Source of the DNA: Candidatus Dormiibacterota bacterium
GTDB taxonomy: Bacteria > Chloroflexota > Dormibacteria > Aeolococcales > Bog-877
DNA length: 64,000 nucleotides
Direction: 5' to 3'
Assembly (NCBI GenBank): GCA_963701235.1
Contig: OY969577.1
Span: forward strand, 26,170-90,169
Part shown: positions 55,780 through 64,000 of the stretch, in pieces
How the letters are laid out: the number at the start of each line of letters is the position of its first letter
How positions within the stretch are numbered: position 1 is the first letter of the stretch
Notes under the pieces: generated by a model
Seen by the model: the letters and a program-made list of their open reading frames with translations, nothing else
Database searches by the model: none
Told to the model about the DNA's origin: nothing
Position numbers and translations under genes: made by a program

Positions 55780-57744
55780 CTAGTTCTCTTTACCCTCCTC
55801 TGTAACTGCCCGGCTTCGCAGCTCCTCCACCACCGCGGGGTCGGCGAGGGTGGTGGTGTCACCGAGAGGACGGTTCTCTGCTACGTCACGCAACAAACGA
55901 CGCATGATCTTCCCGGACCGAGTCATCGGCAGCTCGGGCGTGAAGAGGATGTTCGCGGGAGCCGCAATCTTGCCGATTTTCTTGCCCACGTGGGCGCGGA
56001 GCTCAGCCAGGAGTTCTACCGATCCTTCCTGACCACCTTTCAGGGTCACGAAGGCAACGATGGCCTGTCCGGTCTGGGCGTCATTGCGGGCACAGACCGC
56101 AGCCTGTGCTACCGACGGATGGTCCACCAGTGCGCTCTCGACCTCTGTGGTTGAGATGCGGTGCGCCGAGATGTTCATGACGTCGTCGATTCGGCCCATC
56201 AACCAGTAGTCGCCGTCGGCGTCCTTGCGGGCCCCGTCACCGACAAAATAGGTGTCCTTGAAACGACTCCAGTAGGTCTCCTCGTAGCGCTTGGGATCAC
56301 CGTAAATCCCGCGGAGCATCGCTGGCCAGGGCTTACGAATGACCAGGTAGCCACCCTGCCCGGGCGGCACCTCATTTCCCTGCTCGTCGAAGATTGCCGG
56401 GTCGATAGTGGGGAAGGGCTTGGTCGCCGAGCCCGGCTTCAGGGTGGTTATCCCTGGCAATGGTGTGATCAAGATCATTCCAGTCTCGGTCTGCCACCAT
56501 GTGTCGACGACCGGGGTTCGCCCCAGACCAATGTTCTCGCGGTACCAGATCCAGGCTTCGGGATTGATGGGCTCGCCCACAGTCCCCAGCAACCTGAGGC
56601 TGCTCAGATCGTGCTTCTGCGCATGCTGTGGCCCCCACTTCATGTGGGTGCGGATGGTCGTGGGCGCGGTGTAGAGAACGTTGACCTTGTAGCGCTCAAC
56701 AATCTCCCACCACCTTTCCTCATTGGGAAAGTTGGGCACCCCCTCGTAGATGACGCCGGTGGTGGCGTTGGCCAAGGGACCGAAAAGGATGTAGCTGTGT
56801 CCGGTCACCCAGCCGATATCGGCCGCACACCAGTAGACCGTCTCGGGCTTGATGTCGAAGATGTAATAGTGAGTCGTGGCTACGCCCACCAGATAACCAG
56901 CCGTGGTGTGGATGATTCCCTTAGGCTTGGCCGTCGTGCCACTGGTGTAGAGCAGGTAAAGCAGATCTTCCGAGTCCATCGGCTCGCACGGACAGCTCGC
57001 CGGATCATCGCTCTCGCCTTTGATCATTTCGTCGACATAGATATCGCGACCACTCTCGAAAGCGACATCGCCACCGGTACGCCGAGCGACCACGACCCGT
57101 CGGATCGAGGGGGTGGCTGTGACGGCGTCGTCGGCGTTCTTCTTCAGCGGTACCTTGGCGCCGCGACGCCAGCCCTCGTCCTGAGTGATCAGAAATTCGG
57201 CCGACATGTCATTTAGGCGCCCCGACAGTGCCTCGGCACTGAAGCCGCCGAAGACGACCGTGAAGGGAGCGCCAATGCGCGTGCAGGCCAACATCGCGAT
57301 CGGCAAGTCAGGGCACATGCCCATGTAGATGCCTACCGGAGTGCCTTTCTTGACCCCCAGCTTCTTCAGTCCGTTGGCGAATCGGACCACCTCATGCTGG
57401 AGGTCTGCGTAGGTGATGGTCCGTTTCTCGTCGGCGGGCTCGCCCTCCCAGTAGAAGGCCACCTTGGACCCCAGGCCAGCCTCAACGTGGCGATCGACGC
57501 AGTTGTAGCAGACGTTTAGCTGGCCGCCCAGGTACCACTTGGCGTAGGGCGGGTTCCACTCGTAAAGCGTGTCGAAAGGCTGGAACCAGGAGATCCGCTG
57601 GCGCCCCTCTTCGGCCCAGAAGTCCTCGAGACTGCGGTCATAAATCCCAGCCTGGGCATTGGCTTGCGCCGCAAAATCTCGGGGCGGGGGGAATGTTCTG
57701 CCCTCCTCTTGGAGAGCATCGATCCTCTTGGCGTCAACGGTCAT
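55780..57744 (-). CDS. acs: Acetyl-CoA synthetase
   Basis: 654 aa. YTSGTTAKPKG and WWQTETG motifs, with a C-terminus LPMTRSGKIMRR. Confidence 0.97.
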   Translation of the reverse strand: MTVDAKRIDALQEEGRTFPPPRDFAAQANAQAGIYDRSLEDFWAEEGRQRISWFQPFDTLYEWNPPYAKWYLGGQLNVCYNCVDRHVEAGLGSKVAFYWEGEPADEKRTITYADLQHEVVRFANGLKKLGVKKGTPVGIYMGMCPDLPIAMLACTRIGAPFTVVFGGFSAEALSGRLNDMSAEFLITQDEGWRRGAKVPLKKNADDAVTATPSIRRVVVARRTGGDVAFESGRDIYVDEMIKGESDDPASCPCEPMDSEDLLYLLYTSGTTAKPKGIIHTTAGYLVGVATTHYYIFDIKPETVYWCAADIGWVTGHSYILFGPLANATTGVIYEGVPNFPNEERWWEIVERYKVNVLYTAPTTIRTHMKWGPQHAQKHDLSSLRLLGTVGEPINPEAWIWYRENIGLGRTPVVDTWWQTETGMILITPLPGITTLKPGSATKPFPTIDPAIFDEQGNEVPPGQGGYLVIRKPWPAMLRGIYGDPKRYEETYWSRFKDTYFVGDGARKDADGDYWLMGRIDDVMNISAHRISTTEVESALVDHPSVAQAAVCARNDAQTGQAIVAFVTLKGGQEGSVELLAELRAHVGKKIGKIAAPANILFTPELPMTRSGKIMRRLLRDVAENRPLGDTTTLADPAVVEELRSRAVTEEGKEN

Positions 57745-58059
57745 CTCGCCCTCCTAGCTATCCAGCCAACCCGGAGCGCCATACGGACGCAGCGCCTCTC
57801 CGGCCCTAGGCGCGGTGAATCGCTTCCCTTCTGGCAGCAGCGTAGTCGCCCGTTCCGCGGCCGTCAATCTCCGGATCTTGAGTCCCGCGGCTATTTGTCA
57901 ACGCGCAGCGTGCCCTAGAGCCGGCTGCAGCTATCAGTCGGCAATCTCGATTTGTGCCCAGTAGAGGCCGGTGGCGGCGCAACGGTGACGGCTGGAGGAG
58001 CGGTTTCTGTCAATCAAATACTTCTCCCACCTCCGGCTCTACCGCGCCATCATGGTGCT

Positions 58060-58884
58060 ATGGCGATAACAGCAGGACCACTGGTGACGTCGGCTTGGCT
58101 GCGGGCGCACCTTGGCAACCCCGACCTCAGGATCCTCGACGTGCGCTGGACCCTCGCCGATGGCGCGGACCTTGAGGGCTACCTCACCAGCCACATCCCC
58201 GGCGCCCGGTTCGTGGATCTCGACGAAGCGCTGGCAAGTCCTCCGGGGCTGGGCGGGCGACACCCACTTCCGTCCCCAGAGCAGTTCACCGCGGCCATGC
58301 GTGAAGCAGGGGTCTCGAAGGAGAGCCGGGTGGTTGCCTACGACGGCGGAACCGGGGCGGCGGCGAGGGCCTGGTGGCTGCTGCGCGCTGCCGGCCACCC
58401 CTGGGAGGCGGTCTTGGACGGCGGATTCGCGGACTGGGTCGCCTCCGGTGGCGAGCTTCGGAGCGGCAAGCCCGCGGCCATCGAGGGTGACTTCGAGGCG
58501 AGATCGTTTCGGGGTTGGGTCACGGCCGACCAGACCGCTGACCTGGTGGCGTCCGGAGCTGTCGTTGTGGACGCGCGGACCAGAGATAGGTACGCCGGTG
58601 GCCCCTCTCCCTACGATCCCCGCCCAGGGCACGTACCCGGGGCCCGAAGCCACCCCTGGACGGAGGTCTACAGCAACGGCTACGTGCTTCCCCGGACGGA
58701 GATCGCCGACCGTAATGCCGAGGCCACCGGGCACCGGGCTCCGGCGGTGGCCTACTGCGGATCGGGGGTAACTGCCTGCGCCCTGATTGTGGCCTTGGAG
58801 TCCGCCGGCATCGGGGGGGTGATGCTTTACCCGGGCGGCTGGAGCGAGTGGGCCCAGGATCCCGACCGCCCCTCGGAGCTCTGA
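58060..58884 (+). CDS. Tandem-rhodanese sulfurtransferase (thiosulfate/3-mercaptopyruvate type)
   Basis: LVTSAWL..LRILDVRW and HIPGA motifs, with active-site loop YCGSGVTAC. ATG at 58060. Confidence 0.9.
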   Translation: MAITAGPLVTSAWLRAHLGNPDLRILDVRWTLADGADLEGYLTSHIPGARFVDLDEALASPPGLGGRHPLPSPEQFTAAMREAGVSKESRVVAYDGGTGAAARAWWLLRAAGHPWEAVLDGGFADWVASGGELRSGKPAAIEGDFEARSFRGWVTADQTADLVASGAVVVDARTRDRYAGGPSPYDPRPGHVPGARSHPWTEVYSNGYVLPRTEIADRNAEATGHRAPAVAYCGSGVTACALIVALESAGIGGVMLYPGGWSEWAQDPDRPSEL

Positions 58885-58900
58885 TCCCGGCGCTGGCAGG

Positions 58901-59632
58901 TCAGGTGCTGCGCCGGCTCACCTTGTAGGCAGCCGCCTGCTGCACCGGTCGGAGGACGATCTGGTCGAGATTGACATGGGCAGGTCGAGTCACGGCGAAG
59001 GCGACTACGTCGGCGATGTCGGCCGCGGTCAGGGGTGTCACGCCGCGATAGACCGCCGCGGCCCGCTCCCGGTCGCCGGAATATCGATTCAGAGAGAAGT
59101 CGGTTTCGACCATCCCCGGTGATATCTCGGTCACCCGGATCGGCCGACCGACCAACTCCAAGCGCAGGGTCTGGCTGATGGCGTGAACCGCGTGCTTGGC
59201 GCTGGTGTAACCACTTCCCCCCTCGTAGACCTCGAACCCGGCCGTCGAAGAGATGTTGACGACGTGACCCCGCCCGGAGCCTTCCAGAGCGGGCAGCAGC
59301 GCCCTGGTCATCTGCATCAGGCCGAGCACGTTCACCTCCCACATCCAGCGCCAGCCCGAGCTGTCGGCCGAAGCTACGGGGTCCCCGCCGCGGGCGCCCC
59401 CGGCGTTATTGACCAACACCTCGACCTCGCCGATCCCAGCGCAGAAGGCGGCCACGCTCTGCTCATCGCTGACATCGAGAACGCTTCCCTCGGCGCCCAG
59501 TTCACGGGCGAGCTCTCGAATCCGGTCCTCGCGGCGAGCTCCGAGGCGGAGGCGAAAGCCTTCCTGGGCAAGGCGGCGGGCGATGGCCTCGCCAATCCCA
59601 GCGCTGGCCCCAGTCACCACGGCCAAGGGCAT
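58901..59632 (-). CDS. SDR family oxidoreductase
   Basis: VVTGASAGIGEAIA, NNAG and YTSAKH motifs. ATG at 59632 within tracked ORF 58901..59917. Confidence 0.85.
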   Translation of the reverse strand: MPLAVVTGASAGIGEAIARRLAQEGFRLRLGARREDRIRELARELGAEGSVLDVSDEQSVAAFCAGIGEVEVLVNNAGGARGGDPVASADSSGWRWMWEVNVLGLMQMTRALLPALEGSGRGHVVNISSTAGFEVYEGGSGYTSAKHAVHAISQTLRLELVGRPIRVTEISPGMVETDFSLNRYSGDRERAAAVYRGVTPLTAADIADVVAFAVTRPAHVNLDQIVLRPVQQAAAYKVSRRST

Positions 59633-59715
59633 GCCGGAGACGCGGGACTCGTCGCCCTTCCCGCTAAACGCCAACCCTTTCCCTCCGCGCCCGATCGGAT
59701 CTGGTCTGGCCAAGC

Positions 59716-61845
59716 CTATTCGATCGAAGCACCGTCCAGTTCGCGCTCCAGCCCGGCCGCATCTGCGACCGGCATCCGACAAGCGAAGTCCCGACAGACA
59801 TAGGCGGTGGCAGCGTCCTCCAGCAGCGGCCTGGAGCGGGCCAGTGGTGGTCCGGTCAGGGCCTCGGCCGCGCCGGCGGCAACCCGCCCGACTCCGACAG
59901 TCACCTGGGGTCGCCACCGAGACCGGACTTGGCGCAGCAGGGGAAGGTGAGATTCCGCAGACTCCGGAACCACCATTGCCACCTCGACCTGGCCCACATC
60001 AAAGCTTGCCGCCACCGCGAGCAGCGCGCCGAAGGCCGAGGGGAAACGCCCGGCTGCGCTCGACAGGATCTCCAGCACCGCCTCCGCCCGGTCGCGCCAT
60101 GACCCATCGCCCGTCAGGGCGTGTAGCTTGAGACAGAGTTCGGCCATCAGGGAGGTGCCTGAAGGCTGAGCACCATCCTCTAGGCTCCGGGGTCGCATGG
60201 CCAGGTTGGCGTCATGGTGGAGCGGGGTGTCGAACCATCCCGGGCCAGCGGGGTCCCGGTACTCCGCCTCGACCACCGAGGCCCACTCCGTCGCCAGCTC
60301 GAACCAGCCAGGATCCGCGGTGGCCTCGTGCAGCCAGAGAGCCGCCAATCCCATCCCGGCGAGATCATCGAGGGTAGGGGTGAACCGAGCGGTGGAGCCG
60401 TCGAAGAGGTGACGGAGGCGGCCGTCGACACGGGCGCTGTCCAGGACCGCCCGGGCGCACCTGAGGGCCGCGTCTAGGTAGCGGCGCTCGTTGGCGGCGA
60501 CCGCCAACTCGGCGAGGGCGGTGATCGCCAGTGAGTTCCAGCCCACGATCAGCTTGTCGTCGCGGTCCGGAGCCGGCCTCCGGGAGCGCGCCAGAGCCAG
60601 GTCTCGGACCATCGACTCGCGGAGCTTTTCGAGCTCAGTCTCCGAGATCTGGAAGCGGGCGGACAAGAGCTTGGACTCCTCCCCACCCCGCAGCACCATG
60701 CCCCCACGCTCGGTGCTGGCGTCTCCCGGCCCGCCGAAGAGGCCTTCTGCGAGTGCCAGTCGCTCCTTGCCAACTACCGCCCCCAGCTCCTCTGGGGTCC
60801 AGGCGTAGAAGGCTCCTTCGCCCGCCTCGGTGTCAGCGTCGAGACTGGCGGCGAATCCTCCCTCTGGCAGCTCCAAGTGGCTGATCAAGAAATCGGCGGT
60901 CCGAAGGGCGATGTCCAGGTTGGCTGGGTCGTGGTGGGCCTGCCAGGAGTGGAGATAAAGCCGAACCAGCTGGGCGTTGTCATAGAGCATCTTCTCGAAG
61001 TGGGGCACCGCCCAGCGCCGATCGACGCTGTAGCGGTGGAAGCCCTCCCCCAGCTCGTCCCTGATGCCGCCCGCGGCCATCGCGTGAAGGGAGCGCGCCA
61101 CAACCGCGCCGGCGTCGGCGCTCCCGCTCAGGACGTCGCGGGAGAGCAGGAACTCCAGGACGGCGCATTGGGGAAACTTCGGGGCTCCGCCAATGCCGCC
61201 GAACTCGGGGTCGGCGTTCCGGACTAGTCGCGCCTCGGCGTCGGCCAGCACCTCCGCCATGCTGCCCTTCGAAGACTCCAGGGGAATCAAGGGCGCCGGA
61301 GCCAGGGCTTGGCTCAGCCGCTCAGCGCTGCTGACCACCTCTTGGCGCCGATCTCGATAGGCCGAGGCCGCCATCTCCATCACCCGGCGGAAGCCGGGCA
61401 GGCCCCGGCTGTCCTCAGGGGGGAAGTAGGTCCCTGCGAAGAAGGGCCGACCGTCGGGCAGCAGGAACGCAGTCATCGGCCAACCACCGCTTCCGGTCAG
61501 TGCCTGGAGCGCATCCATGTAGACGCGGTCCACGTCAGGACGCTCCTCGCGGTCCACCTTGACGCTGACAAAGAGCCGGTTCTGGACCGCGGCTAGCGCC
61601 GGGTCCTCGAAACTTTCGTGCGCCATGACGTGGCACCAGTGGCAGGCGGAGTAGCCGACGCTGAGTAGGATCGGGCAGTCCCGCTCACGCGCAAGTCGGA
61701 AGGCCTCCTCCCCCCAGGGATACCAATCCACGGGGTTCTCGCGGTGCTGGCGCAGATAGGGACTGGTCTCCCCCTCGAGGTGATTCACACAGCTGAACCT
61801 ACTCCCTGAGCTCCCCTCGGGGCGATCTGGATGCGGCTGCGACAA
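59716..61845 (-). CDS. Thioredoxin-domain protein of the DUF255/YyaL family
   Basis: [24 protein letters not shown] and [16 protein letters not shown] motifs. An alternative GTG start lies at 61788. Confidence 0.9.
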   Translation of the reverse strand: MSQPHPDRPEGSSGSRFSCVNHLEGETSPYLRQHRENPVDWYPWGEEAFRLARERDCPILLSVGYSACHWCHVMAHESFEDPALAAVQNRLFVSVKVDREERPDVDRVYMDALQALTGSGGWPMTAFLLPDGRPFFAGTYFPPEDSRGLPGFRRVMEMAASAYRDRRQEVVSSAERLSQALAPAPLIPLESSKGSMAEVLADAEARLVRNADPEFGGIGGAPKFPQCAVLEFLLSRDVLSGSADAGAVVARSLHAMAAGGIRDELGEGFHRYSVDRRWAVPHFEKMLYDNAQLVRLYLHSWQAHHDPANLDIALRTADFLISHLELPEGGFAASLDADTEAGEGAFYAWTPEELGAVVGKERLALAEGLFGGPGDASTERGGMVLRGGEESKLLSARFQISETELEKLRESMVRDLALARSRRPAPDRDDKLIVGWNSLAITALAELAVAANERRYLDAALRCARAVLDSARVDGRLRHLFDGSTARFTPTLDDLAGMGLAALWLHEATADPGWFELATEWASVVEAEYRDPAGPGWFDTPLHHDANLAMRPRSLEDGAQPSGTSLMAELCLKLHALTGDGSWRDRAEAVLEILSSAAGRFPSAFGALLAVAASFDVGQVEVAMVVPESAESHLPLLRQVRSRWRPQVTVGVGRVAAGAAEALTGPPLARSRPLLEDAATAYVCRDFACRMPVADAAGLERELDGASIE

Positions 61846-61852
61846 TCGCCGG

Positions 61853-62743
61853 GTGCCCGAGACCAGATCCGATCTGCCGCCGCTGGCCCTGAGGGTCGGG
61901 ATGACCGCGGTGGCCCTAGGGGTTCGGGCCCTGGGCCGGCACCGCTACCGTCTCTCCGATCCGATCGCCAACGCCACCTTCGCACTGCAGACGGAGCGGC
62001 GTCGCACCACGATCCGGAACTTTCGAGCGGTCTTCCCCGAGCTCACCCCGCGCCAGGCTCGCCGGCTGGCGGCCGCCAGCTTCCGCGAATACGCACGGAC
62101 CGCGATTGACTTCCTATACATGCAGCGCCTGCCTCGTCCCCGAGTCCTGTCCGAGGTGAGGGTTTACGGCTACGAGCAGTACATGGAGGGACTGCAGCTG
62201 GCGGGGAGGCCAGGCATCCTGGTGATCACCCACCAGGGCAGCTGGGACACTCCCGCGGCGCTGGCGATCGCTCACGATGTCCACCTGTCCTCGGTGATGG
62301 CCGACGAGGGCAGCAAGGTCCTGGCCGACCTGGTCATCTGGGCTCGCGCGGAGATGGGGGTCGAGGTGGTACCGGCTTCGAAGTCGCCACGGACCATGCT
62401 CCAGAAACTCCGCGCTGGGCAGTGGGTGGCCCTGGTGGTGGACATCCCCGGAGACACCCCCTCAGTCGAGGTCGAGTTCCTCAATCACAGGACGCTGTTC
62501 TCGGCGGCTCCGGGCATGCTGGCTGCCCACACCGGCGCCCCTCTGATGCCTGTCACCAGCCTCCGCACCCCCAACGGCGGTTACCTGGTGGAGCTCTTTC
62601 CGCCGATCACCGTGGCGCCCGGCACGGACCCAACCGAGGCGCTTCGCCAAGTAATCCCCGTCTTTGAGCGGGCAGTCCGGCGCTGGCCCGAGCAGTGGTA
62701 CCCGTTCAGCCCGGATCGCCTGCTTGACCTCCCACACGCCTGA
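61853..62743 (+). CDS. Lysophospholipid/lipid A-type acyltransferase (HtrB/PatA-like)
   Basis: ITHQGSWD (HX4D-type motif). The size and its position upstream of a GT4 gene resemble patA-pimA pairs. GTG start. Confidence 0.75.
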   Translation: MPETRSDLPPLALRVGMTAVALGVRALGRHRYRLSDPIANATFALQTERRRTTIRNFRAVFPELTPRQARRLAAASFREYARTAIDFLYMQRLPRPRVLSEVRVYGYEQYMEGLQLAGRPGILVITHQGSWDTPAALAIAHDVHLSSVMADEGSKVLADLVIWARAEMGVEVVPASKSPRTMLQKLRAGQWVALVVDIPGDTPSVEVEFLNHRTLFSAAPGMLAAHTGAPLMPVTSLRTPNGGYLVELFPPITVAPGTDPTEALRQVIPVFERAVRRWPEQWYPFSPDRLLDLPHA

Positions 62744-62750
62744 TCGCACC

Positions 62751-63908
62751 GTGGGCCGCCTGTGCCTGGCCTGGTTCGGTCATGGGCTGGGCGAGCGCGC
62801 CGATGGCCTCACCACCTACTCCACCGAGGTTGTGGGCGGGCTCCGCGGGCGCGGTGTCGAGGTTTGGTTCCATCACGCGACCCGGGACGGACTGATCGCG
62901 CCCGTGACGGACGATCATCGGATCGGCTGGCCGACCTGGCGCTTCAAGACGGTCACCGTGCCCCAGTTGGGTTTCCGCCGACAGATGACCTCCTGGCTGG
63001 CCAGGGTGCGGCCGGACGTGATCCACACCTCCCTGAGCTTCACCTTGGAGGATGGCTGGCTCGGTCGACAGGCACGGGCCACGGGAGCGGCGACGGTTGC
63101 CACCTTCCACCTGCCCTTCGGTCCCGAGGCCAGTGGAAGAGCCCGGGTGATGCGCCAGCTCCATCGCTTCTGGGCCGGGCGGCTGCAGGCATACCAGCGG
63201 GTGATCGTGTTCTCGGAGGCGCATCGCGCTCGGCTCGCCGAGGCGGGAGTCGAGCGCTCCCGGATCGCGGTGCTTCCCAACGCCGTCGATACCGAGGTGT
63301 TCTGTCCCGGGCCGTCCGTGCTCCGCCAGACCCGTCTCGCCGGTGCGAGCCTGGTCGTGGGGTTCGCGGGACGGCTGGATCCTGAGAAGGGTGTCCCGCA
63401 GCTGCTGAGCGGCTTTCTCCGAGCGGATCTCGGACCTGACGCCCGGCTCATCATCGCTGGGGCTGGCGCGCTGGTTGAGAGGGTGAAGGCTGCCCAGAGG
63501 GATCCCCGCGTCATCTATCTGGGACGGCTGCTCTCCCTCGAGGAGCGGGTCGACTTTTGGCGGGGGGTGGACATCTTCTGCCTTCCCTCCAACGCCGAGG
63601 GGCTGTCGCTGGCCTTGCTCGAGGCGATGGCCACCGGCTGCGCGGTCGCGGCCACGCCGGAGGGCGGGGCGACCCTGGTCGGCGGAGTTGCAGCAGCCCT
63701 GGACCCGAAAGCCTTGAGCGAGTCGGTCTCGCAGCAGCTGCAGTTCCTAATGCAAGAGCCCGGAGAGCTCCGACGCCGAGGGGTCATGGCACGTGGAGAG
63801 GCGGAGCGTCATCATGGGATGTCGGCCATGCTGGACCGGCTTTTGGGAATCTACGCGGAGTGCCTGGGTCGGGCAGCAGTGGACGTCAGTTCATCCGGAA
63901 AGCCGTAG
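62751..63908 (+). CDS. GT4 family glycosyltransferase
   Basis: FAGRLDPEKG and PSNAEGLSLALLEAMATGCAVAAT (EX7E) motifs. GTG at 62751 lies just after the acyltransferase stop. Confidence 0.85.
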   Translation: MGRLCLAWFGHGLGERADGLTTYSTEVVGGLRGRGVEVWFHHATRDGLIAPVTDDHRIGWPTWRFKTVTVPQLGFRRQMTSWLARVRPDVIHTSLSFTLEDGWLGRQARATGAATVATFHLPFGPEASGRARVMRQLHRFWAGRLQAYQRVIVFSEAHRARLAEAGVERSRIAVLPNAVDTEVFCPGPSVLRQTRLAGASLVVGFAGRLDPEKGVPQLLSGFLRADLGPDARLIIAGAGALVERVKAAQRDPRVIYLGRLLSLEERVDFWRGVDIFCLPSNAEGLSLALLEAMATGCAVAATPEGGATLVGGVAAALDPKALSESVSQQLQFLMQEPGELRRRGVMARGEAERHHGMSAMLDRLLGIYAECLGRAAVDVSSSGKP

Positions 63909-64000
63909 GACCTAGGATCGCGGTGGCCGCCAAGACCCGGCCGTCGGCGGGATGCACGACGCTGATGTGGAGGGGTTGCGTGGGCGAGTCGGCAGGGGCG

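Noticed and set aside
61845-61853. Divergent starts of the DUF255 gene and the acyltransferase gene only 8 nt apart.
   Set aside because: This is probably a start-codon artefact. A GTG at 61788 matches the usual family N-terminus of the DUF255 protein and would restore a normal intergenic region.

Overview
High-GC bacterial chromosomal segment. Hand-counted 60-nt lines give about 75% GC in typical coding DNA. The gene content looks Actinomycetota-like: an F420-type LLM oxidoreductase, LigC/Prim-Pol repair genes, a PatA/PimA-like acyltransferase-glycosyltransferase pair, and KorAB. Phylum cannot be proven from this window. I support about 60 CDS, one tRNA-Gly(CCC), one TPP riboswitch in front of a cytX-thiD operon, three intrinsic-terminator-like hairpins and several palindromic operator candidates. 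I found no rRNA, no CRISPR array, and no intact transposase, integrase or prophage gene. Most genes are housekeeping: thiolase, citrate synthase, acs-satP, korAB, msrB, clpP, thiD, two ATP-dependent DNA ligases, and two PAS/GAF-GGDEF-EAL proteins. The observations most worth follow-up are listed here. (1) An XRE regulator plus a ClpP paralog that lacks the catalytic Ser and Asp and the N-terminal region, divergent from an active clpP across an AT-rich palindromic region. (2) A LigC / HhH-PHP phosphoesterase / Prim-Pol cluster with no Ku gene in the window. (3) A low-GC patch carrying a second flippase-like paralog and an Ohr remnant. (4) An 855-aa nucleotidyltransferase fused to a phosphomutase-like module whose catalytic loops are degenerate. 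(5) An NRAMP-like transporter lacking the Asn and Met metal ligands. (6) An untracked 53-codon membrane-peptide ORF with a strong SD upstream of citrate synthase. All family assignments come from motif recognition by eye and need HMM or BLAST confirmation. Many start codons are uncertain.
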